A stretch of 64,000 nucleotides of DNA from the NCBI GenBank assembly GCA_964435115.1, contig CAYSYM010000012.1:1088-65087 (forward strand). The letters run 5' to 3'. Both the position numbers and the translations under genes were made by a program. Positions 57,578 to 64,000 of this stretch are shown here, piece by piece. The notes below the pieces were generated by a model that did no database searches, was not told the DNA's origin, and worked only from the letters and a program-made list of their open reading frames with translations. Positions within the stretch are counted from its first letter, which is position 1, and each line of letters opens with the position of its first letter. This DNA is from an uncultured Chloroflexota bacterium (GTDB lineage: Bacteria > Chloroflexota > UBA6077 > CF-72).

Positions 57578-58800
57578 CGCAAGCCACCGAGCTGGCAGCC
57601 ATGCTGCCGGTGCCGGAGGGGTCGGTGACCAGCGCGCCGGGGTTCCGCGCTGGTGCCGTCGCCGCGGGCATCAAGGCGTCCGGCAAGCCGGACCTGGGTC
57701 TCCTGGTCGCCGACTGCCCGTGTGTCGCCGCGGCCACGTTCACACGAAACGCGTTCCCGGCGGCGCCGGTCGCCCTCAGCCGCGCGCGCGTCCAGGCTGG
57801 CCAGGCCCAGGCGGTCGTGTTCAACAGCGGGAACGCCAACGCGTGCACCGGCGAGTGGGGCCTGGCGGACGCGGAGGAGATGGCCAGGCTGGCCGGCGAG
57901 GCGCTGGGCGTGCCGTCCGACCTGGTACTGGTCGCCTCCACGGGCGTTATCGGCCACCCACTGCCGATGGACCGCGTGCGCGACGGCCTGCGCCGGGTGG
58001 TGGTGCGGCCGGACGGCGGCCACGAGGCAGCCCTGGGCATCATGACCACGGACAGCCGACCCAAGGAGGTAGCCGTCCGAACAGAGATCGGGGGTCGCGA
58101 GGTCCGCATCGGCGGCATGGCGAAGGGCGTCGGCATGATCCACCCCGGCATGGCGACCATGCTCGTCTTCCTGGCCACCGACGCCGTGCTGGAGCCTGGC
58201 TTTGCGCGGCCGGCACTGAAGCGGGTGGTGGATCGCACCTTCAACATGGTCAGCGTCGACGGCGACACCAGCACGAACGACTCGTGCTTCCTGCTGGCGA
58301 ACGGTCTAGCGGGTCATCCACCTCTTGGCGAGGGCACGGCGGGCGCCGAGCGGTTCGTCGCGGCGCTCGAGCTGGCGTGCACGCGGCTTGCGCGGCTGCT
58401 GGCGAGCGACGGCGAGGGCGCGACCAAGCTGCTCGAGGTCGCCGTCACCGGCGCGCGCACCGAGGCTGACGCCCGGGCGGCGGCCCGCGCGGTGGTGCGT
58501 TCGAACCTGGTCAAGGCAGCCGTGCACGGCGAGGACCCGAACTGGGGCCGCATCTTCATGGCGGTGGGCAACTCGGGCGCGGCGGTGGACCCGCGGCGGG
58601 CTGCACTGTGGATCGGCTCGCTCCAGATCGCCCGCGACGGGGTTGGCCTCGGCGTCTCGCAGGCGGACGGACGGGCGCAGATGGCAGGCAGCGAAGTCCA
58701 GGTGCGGGTCGACCTGGGGCTCGGCTCGGCCAGCGCCCGGGCCTGGGGCTGCGACCTCACCGAAGCGTACGTGGTCGAGAACAGCGCTTACACCACATAA
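57574..58800 (+). CDS. argJ: bifunctional glutamate N-acetyltransferase / amino-acid acetyltransferase
   Basis: GTG start overlapping the argC stop (GTGA). ArgJ alpha/beta motifs (GMAKGVGMIHPGMATML, autoprocessing ATML site). Confidence 0.9.
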   Translation: MTQATELAAMLPVPEGSVTSAPGFRAGAVAAGIKASGKPDLGLLVADCPCVAAATFTRNAFPAAPVALSRARVQAGQAQAVVFNSGNANACTGEWGLADAEEMARLAGEALGVPSDLVLVASTGVIGHPLPMDRVRDGLRRVVVRPDGGHEAALGIMTTDSRPKEVAVRTEIGGREVRIGGMAKGVGMIHPGMATMLVFLATDAVLEPGFARPALKRVVDRTFNMVSVDGDTSTNDSCFLLANGLAGHPPLGEGTAGAERFVAALELACTRLARLLASDGEGATKLLEVAVTGARTEADARAAARAVVRSNLVKAAVHGEDPNWGRIFMAVGNSGAAVDPRRAALWIGSLQIARDGVGLGVSQADGRAQMAGSEVQVRVDLGLGSASARAWGCDLTEAYVVENSAYTT

Positions 58801-59252
58801 GCCGAGCGCTGGGTCGCCTGCAACATCTCGGCGGCAGTTGCGTTCAGTCAGGGAGAGGCCCCATACCTGCACACAGCGAGGGAGGGCTGGATCATGCAGC
58901 AGCGGTGGATCGTTGGCTGCGCTGGCGCTGGTTGGCCTGAGCCTGAGCACGCTGGCCAGCAGCGGCGCCGTTCCGCTCGCCGCGCTCGCCCAGTCGCGCC
59001 GGCCACGCCGATGGTGCCTCCGCCTGCGGCGCCCGCCGCCCGCCCATCCACGGCTACACCCGTCATGAATCCTCCCACACCGGCGCCCACGTCCACCGCT
59101 GCCCGTCAGCCGTAGTTGCACTTCCGTCTCAAGCAACTGGAATGTAAGCCGTGGTCGCGGCCGCTGGGGACCGGAATATGGCGTGTCAACGGGGCCTCAC
59201 GAGCGCATGTGGCCGCCTGCAGGTCCGACAATCAAGCGGAGGAGTGGCGAGT

Positions 59253-59722
59253 ATGGCCGACCGGATCGAGCGGTTCGACGAGCGGGCGCGCAAGGTCCTA
59301 CAATTGGCGCAGGAAGAGGCGCAGCGCTTCAACCACACCTACATCGGCACCGAGCACCTGCTGCTCGGGCTACTGGCCGAGGGGCAGGGCGTGGCCGCCA
59401 GGACGCTCGGCGAGCTGGGCGCGGACCTGCAGCGGGCACGCACCGCGTTTGCCGAGGTGGTGGGCCCCGGGGACGAGCCGCCCGGGGCGGACGTGGGGCT
59501 CACATCTCAGGCCAAGCGTGCCATCGAGCAGGCGGTGGCCGCGGCCCGCCGGCTGCGCCACCACGAAGTCAACACCGGCCACCTGCTGCTGGGTCTGCTG
59601 GCGGGTGTGGACCGAACGTCGCCCTCCGGCTGCTGGCCCGGCTCGGGATCGAGGCCGCCTCCGTCCAAGCAGCGGCGGAGCAGCGCCTGAGTGCGGGGGA
59701 GCGCGACCAGGGAGCGCAGTAG
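59253..59722 (+). pseudogene. Clp N-terminal (Clp_N double-repeat) domain protein interrupted by a single-base frameshift
   Basis: Frame A reads MADRIERFDERARKVLQLAQEEAQRFNHTYIGTEHLLLGLL...RLRHHEVNTGHLLLGLLAGVD. The second Clp_N repeat continues in the +1 frame as PNVALRLLARLGIEAASVQAAAEQRLSAGE*. The junction GTGGACCGAAC would restore ...VDPNVALR... with one extra C (CC to CCC). Confidence 0.55.
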
Positions 59723-59815
59723 CCACCACGCGCCAGCACGTGCGCTTGACGACTATCGAATCCTGCCACACTGCCCACTTGCCTGGCCGGTGTGCGACAC
59801 TCCGCAGCACGTATG

Positions 59816-60700
59816 GCCCACCTCCAGGAAGACGGTTCAGCGCTCAGCACCGACCAGAAAACGGCGGCGATCCTCGAAGCGCTGCCGTACATCTGCGAGT
59901 ACGTCGGCAAGACGCTCGTCATCAAGGTCGGCGGGGCGGTGGGCGATGAGGGGACGGTGCTCGACGACATCGTCTGGCTGAAGAAACTGGGGATCAACCC
60001 GGTCATCGTGCACGGCGGCGGGCCCCAAATCTCGGAGATGCTCGAGCGCCTCGGAGTGGAGACGCGCTTCGTGGAGGGCCGCCGCTACACAGACGAGCGG
60101 ACGCTCGACGTGGTGCACATGGTGCTGATGCGGATCAACGGCCAGTTCGTCTCCCACCTGGACCGGCAGGGCATCCACGCCGTGGGGCTGAACGGGCTGG
60201 ATGGTGGCATGCTGCGGGCCCGGCTGCGCGACGAGCGGCTGGGGCTGGTGGGCGAGGTCGAGGCCGTCGACCTGCGGCCGATCGTCTCACTCGTGGAGCA
60301 GCGCTACGTGGTGGTGATCGCGCCGCTCGCGTGCGGCCCTGAGTCACAGCCGCTCAACGTCAACGCCGACACGGTCGCCGGCGAGGTGGCGCGAGCGCTG
60401 CACGCGGAGAAGCTGGTGCTATTCACTGACGTGCCCGGCGTGATGGACGAGCACGGCCGGGTGCTCCCGGAGATCCCGGTGGGCGAGGTCCCGGCACTCG
60501 TCGACCGAGGAGTGATCGGCGGTGGCATGATCCCGAAGATCGAGGCGTGCCTGAGGGCGCTCGAGACGGTCCCGCGAGCGCACGTCCTCGACGGTCGCGT
60601 GTCGCACGCCCTGATCCGCGAGCTGTTCACCCGCGAGGGCGTCGGTACCATGCTGGTCACCGCACGGCCCGGAGAACCAGGAGGTCTCACACAGCCATGA
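59816..60700 (+). CDS. argB: acetylglutamate kinase
   Basis: LVIKVGGA...VIVHGGGPQI...NVNADTVAG AAK family motifs. Confidence 0.9.
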   Translation, partial: AHLQEDGSALSTDQKTAAILEALPYICEYVGKTLVIKVGGAVGDEGTVLDDIVWLKKLGINPVIVHGGGPQISEMLERLGVETRFVEGRRYTDERTLDVVHMVLMRINGQFVSHLDRQGIHAVGLNGLDGGMLRARLRDERLGLVGEVEAVDLRPIVSLVEQRYVVVIAPLACGPESQPLNVNADTVAGEVARALHAEKLVLFTDVPGVMDEHGRVLPEIPVGEVPALVDRGVIGGGMIPKIEACLRALETVPRAHVLDGRVSHALIRELFTREGVGTMLVTARPGEPGGLTQP

Positions 60701-62043
60701 GTACCGCGCACCTTGCCACGCCTTCGACCGCCAGCGCGCCGTGGATCGAGCTGGAGAAGCGCGTCTTCTTCCAGATGTTCCGGCGTGCGCCGGTCGTGCT
60801 GGAGCGAGGGCAGGGGTGTCGGGTGTGGGACGTGGAAGGTCGCGAGTATCTGGACCTGGTGGCGGGGATTGCAGTCGACGCGCTCGGGCACGCTCACCCG
60901 GCCATCCAGCAGGCGCTGGTAGAGCAGGGGGCGAAGCTGCTCCAGACCTCCAACCTGTTCTACTCGATCCCCCAGCTTGAGCTGGCCGAGATGCTGGTTC
61001 AGCATTCGCCGTTCGACCGGGTCTTCCTGTGCAACAGCGGAGCCGAGGCGAACGAGGCGGCCATCAAGCTGGCGCGGAAGTGGGGCAAGATGCACCGCGG
61101 CGGTGCCTTCGGGATCATTACCGCCGAGCACGGGTTCCACGGCCGGACGCTGGCCACCGTCGCCGCCACGGGCAAGCCGGCCTACCAGGCGCCCTTCACG
61201 CCCATGCCCGAGGGGTTCGTCCACGTGCCGTTCAACGACATGGACGCGCTGGAGCGCGCGGCGGACGAGCGGACGGCGGCGGTCTTGCTGGAGCCTATCC
61301 AGGGCGAAGCTGGCGTGCACGTGGCGAGCGAGACGTACCTGCGCGACGTGCAGGACTTCTGCAAGGCGAAGAACCTGCTGTTCATGGTGGACGAGGTCCA
61401 GACAGGTGTGGGCCGGCTGGGCACGCTGTGGGGGTTCGAGCGCTGGGGCGTGCAGCCAGATGTCATGACGCTGGCCAAGGGCCTGGGTGGTGGCGTGCCG
61501 ATCGGCGCCTTGCTGGCGCGTGACGAGGCGGCCGTCTTCGAGCCGGGCGACCACGGCTCGACGTTCGGCGGCAATGCGCTCACCTGCGCGGTGGCGACGG
61601 CGGTGCTGCGCCACATCCTGGAGCACGACGTGCTCGGCAACGTGCGGCGCACGGGGGCGAGCCTGAAGGCCGGTCTCGAGGCGCTGCGCCAGGAGCAGCC
61701 GCTGATCGCGAGCGTGCGTGGCGAGGGGCTGTTGCTGGCGCTTGAGCTCACAGCCGACGCCGCCGCGGAGGTCGTCCGCCTCGCGCTGGACGAGGGACTG
61801 CTCGTCAACAACACCGGCCCGGCAACGCTGCGGCTGGCGCCGCCGCTGATCCTGAGCGAGGCGGAGGCTGGCGAGGCAGTGGAGAAGCTGGGCCGCGCGC
61901 TGGCGCGCGTGGACGTGCCGGCGACGACCGCCGGCTCACCCGGCGGGCCTCCAGTCGGCACCGCCGGCGGCCGAGCCCGGGGCGCGGGCGGCGGTGCTGG
62001 AGTGGACGCGCAGGACTCGCTCCAGGCCGGCCTGGTCGGGTAG
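60697..62043 (+). CDS. argD: acetylornithine aminotransferase
   Basis: ATGA overlap with argB. Class III PLP aminotransferase (LCNSGAEANE, DEVQTGVGRLG, LAKGLGGG Lys site). The C-terminal ~40 aa are low complexity and overlap the convergent prmC 3' end. Confidence 0.85.
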   Translation: MSTAHLATPSTASAPWIELEKRVFFQMFRRAPVVLERGQGCRVWDVEGREYLDLVAGIAVDALGHAHPAIQQALVEQGAKLLQTSNLFYSIPQLELAEMLVQHSPFDRVFLCNSGAEANEAAIKLARKWGKMHRGGAFGIITAEHGFHGRTLATVAATGKPAYQAPFTPMPEGFVHVPFNDMDALERAADERTAAVLLEPIQGEAGVHVASETYLRDVQDFCKAKNLLFMVDEVQTGVGRLGTLWGFERWGVQPDVMTLAKGLGGGVPIGALLARDEAAVFEPGDHGSTFGGNALTCAVATAVLRHILEHDVLGNVRRTGASLKAGLEALRQEQPLIASVRGEGLLLALELTADAAAEVVRLALDEGLLVNNTGPATLRLAPPLILSEAEAGEAVEKLGRALARVDVPATTAGSPGGPPVGTAGGRARGAGGGAGVDAQDSLQAGLVG

Positions 62044-62892
62044 CACCTCCACTGCGGCATCCGGGTACAGGCACCGAGCCGTGGAGGCCAGGGCCGCGCC
62101 CTGGCCGTCGTCGATCTCCAGGGCCATCTCGGCGCCTGGCACGAGCAGCGGCGCGGCCTGGCGCAGCAGGCGCTCCACCAGCTCCCGCCCGTGCGGTCCG
62201 CCGACGAGCGCGGCCCGTGGCTCGTAGGCGTGGACGTCGCGCGGGAGCGGTCGCTGGGCAGGGAGGTATGGCAGGTTGGCCAGGAGGACGTGGATCGGGC
62301 CGCGCACGCCGGCCAGGAGGTCCGCCTGGGCGAGCCGCACCCGCCGGGCCTGCCCGAGCGACCGCGCATTCTCCCGGGCAAGCGTGAGCGCCGGGAACGA
62401 AGCGTCCGTGGCGAGCACCATCGCATCCGTCTCGGCGGCGAGGCTCACGGCAATCGCACCCGACCCGGTGCCGATGTCGACGACGCGTGGTTCCACACCC
62501 CTCGCACGCCAGCCTGCGACGGCCTCGAGCCCGAGCTCGACGAGCATCTCCGTCTCCGGGCGCGGGATGAGTGCCCGGCGGTCCACCCGGAAGCGCCGAC
62601 CGTAGAACTCGCGCTGGCCGAGGATGTAGGCGATCGGCTCGCCGGCTTCGCGGCGAGCGCGGAGCGCATCGAACGTCGCCGCGGCCAGGTCGGGAACGAT
62701 ACGTTCGGGATGTGCCAGGAGCTCCGTCCTGGACCAGCCGGTGGCGTGGCTCAGGAGCAGCGTCGCGTCCAGGCGCGCGCTGGCCGAGCCCGCGCTGGCC
62801 AGCCGTCGGGCGGCAGCGTCGAGCAGGTCAGCCGCGGATGTCAGGCCCCGCTTCACGCTCCGAGCCCGTGGGCTGCACCGGCGCCGGTCCAT
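61936..62892 (-). CDS. prmC: release factor glutamine N5-methyltransferase
   Basis: VVDIGTGSGAIAVSLA SAM-binding motif and NLPY(L) substrate motif. Adjacent to prfA. Confidence 0.8.
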   Translation of the reverse strand: MDRRRCSPRARSVKRGLTSAADLLDAAARRLASAGSASARLDATLLLSHATGWSRTELLAHPERIVPDLAAATFDALRARREAGEPIAYILGQREFYGRRFRVDRRALIPRPETEMLVELGLEAVAGWRARGVEPRVVDIGTGSGAIAVSLAAETDAMVLATDASFPALTLARENARSLGQARRVRLAQADLLAGVRGPIHVLLANLPYLPAQRPLPRDVHAYEPRAALVGGPHGRELVERLLRQAAPLLVPGAEMALEIDDGQGAALASTARCLYPDAAVEVLPDQAGLERVLRVHSSTAARAPGSAAGGADWRPAG

Positions 62893-62912
62893 GCCGAACG
62901 TCGGGTCACGGG

Positions 62913-64000
62913 CTACGCGATCGCTCCGTCCTCGCCGTCGTGGGCCGCGTCCGACAGGGCGTCCACGAGCGGGTCGAGCTGACCTTCCAGAACGCGGTCG
63001 AGCGTGTAGAGGGTGAGGCCGATGCGGTGGTCGGTGACACGGTTCTCGCGGAAGTTGTAGGTGCGGATCTTCTCGGCCCGCTCGCCGCTCCCCACCTGCA
63101 GCCGCCGCAGCGCACCAACCTCATCCCGCTGCTTGCGGAGCTGCATCTCGAACAGACGCGAGCGCAGCACCTCCAGCGCCCGGGCCTTATTCTTGAGCTG
63201 CGAGCGCTCGTCCTGGCAGGTCACGACCAGCCCGGTGGGGAGGTGGGTGAGCCGAACCGCGGAGTCGGTGGTGTTGACGCCTTGGCCGCCGTGGCCGCCC
63301 GCGCGAAAGACGTCCACCCGCAGGTCCTCCTCGTCGATCTGCACGTCCACTTCCTCCGCCCTGGGCAGGACGCTGACGGTGGCCGTGGAGGTGTGGATGC
63401 GCCCCTGCGCCTCGGTGGCGGGCACGCGCTGAACGCGGTGGGTGCCGCCTTCCCACTTCAGACGGGAGTAGGCGCCGCGCCCGTGGATCTCGAAGGTGAC
63501 CTCCTTGATGCCGCCGAGGTCGGTCTCGCTCGTGTTCAGGACCTCGACCTTCCAGCCCTTCAGCTCCGCGTAGCGCATGTACATGCGCATCAGATCTGCC
63601 GCCCACAGGTTGGCCTCCTGGCCGCCCTCGGCGCCGCGAATCTCCAGGATCACGTCGCGGGCAGCGTTCGGATCGCCCGGACGCAGGAACTCCTGGAGGC
63701 CCGCCACCACCTCGTCCACCTGGGGCTCGAGCTGCGCCAGCTCATCCGCGGCCAGCGCCTTCATCTCCTCGTCGGACCCGTCACGGAGCAGGTCGCGCGC
63801 CTGGTCCACGCGGTCGACTAGCGCCTGGTAGTGGGCGTAGCGCTCCACCACGTCGGCGAGGTCGGCCTGCTCGCGGCCGAGGTCTGCGACCCGACGGGTG
63901 TCGCCGAACGTGGCCGGATTGGAGAGCAGGTCGGCGATCGCCTGGTAGCGCCGGCGCGCGCCCTCCAGCCGTTCGAGGGCAGCCTCACTCAGCCGGTTCA
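62913..64000 (-). CDS. prfA: peptide chain release factor 1; 5' end lies beyond the window
   Basis: GGQ motif (AGGHGGQGVNTTDSA) and PAT tripeptide (RVPATE). The frame stays open upstream of the first in-window Met (63851) to position 64000, reading ...LERLEGARRRYQAIADLLSNP..., which is the RF1 N-terminus. Confidence 0.9.
   Translation of the reverse strand, partial: NRLSEAALERLEGARRRYQAIADLLSNPATFGDTRRVADLGREQADLADVVERYAHYQALVDRVDQARDLLRDGSDEEMKALAADELAQLEPQVDEVVAGLQEFLRPGDPNAARDVILEIRGAEGGQEANLWAADLMRMYMRYAELKGWKVEVLNTSETDLGGIKEVTFEIHGRGAYSRLKWEGGTHRVQRVPATEAQGRIHTSTATVSVLPRAEEVDVQIDEEDLRVDVFRAGGHGGQGVNTTDSAVRLTHLPTGLVVTCQDERSQLKNKARALEVLRSRLFEMQLRKQRDEVGALRRLQVGSGERAEKIRTYNFRENRVTDHRIGLTLYTLDRVLEGQLDPLVDALSDAAHDGEDGAIA

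Overview
This is a 64-kb window of high-GC (~70%) bacterial chromosome with frequent GTG starts and 4-nt gene overlaps. The compositional and gene-content style fits Chloroflexota/Thermomicrobia or Actinobacteria, but I cannot assign a taxon from sequence alone. Because of the GC content, nearly every real gene carries a long antisense ORF that I treat as an artefact.

Gene content, left to right:
- A five-gene branched-chain amino-acid ABC transporter operon on the minus strand (livF, livG, livM, livH, livK). A 75-bp palindromic repeat sits between livK and livH, and a second copy lies upstream of livK.
- A small zinc-ribbon protein, then a DsrE-like / NifU-like / proline dehydrogenase cluster and a 1038-aa YfhO-like membrane protein.
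- DUF971, Lon protease, a P1 (S58) peptidase, Hsp20, an amidase, an EamA transporter, a methyltransferase and membrane proteins.
- A secreted Kelch-repeat protein and an ABC permease.
- A gene-decay zone: a DUF433 gene with a truncated DUF5615 partner, DUF4242, and a frameshifted ComM/YifB N-terminal remnant.
- An F420/PPOX-family protein, then a DCC-family (DUF393) thiol-disulfide oxidoreductase whose two CxxC cysteines are both encoded by in-frame TGA. This is a candidate UxxU selenoprotein with a downstream hairpin.
- A KefB-like CPA2 antiporter and an ECF sigma / anti-sigma pair.
- A ~3-kb degraded integrative islet at tRNA-Leu(CAG), bounded by 19-bp direct repeats. It carries DUF4160/DUF2442, a third copy of the repeat, a PH-SHOCT protein, a terminase-small-like HTH protein and a truncated integrase.
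- A 2-oxoacid:ferredoxin oxidoreductase operon (gamma-delta fusion, alpha, beta) with a textbook TTGACT-17-TATAGT promoter.
- A CoA-transferase, UDG family 4, FtsK, then secE-nusG-rplK-rplA-rplJ-rplL. Here rplJ has no stop codon and runs in frame into rplL.
- tyrA, an M50 protease, and an HTH_XRE-NB-ARC-TPR STAND regulator.
- A RES-Xre toxin-antitoxin pair, followed by a low-GC segment encoding a secreted Trp/Gly-rich peptide.
- argC-argJ-(frameshifted Clp_N gene)-argB-argD, then prmC and prfA (prfA 5' end outside the window).

No CRISPR array and no rRNA were seen.
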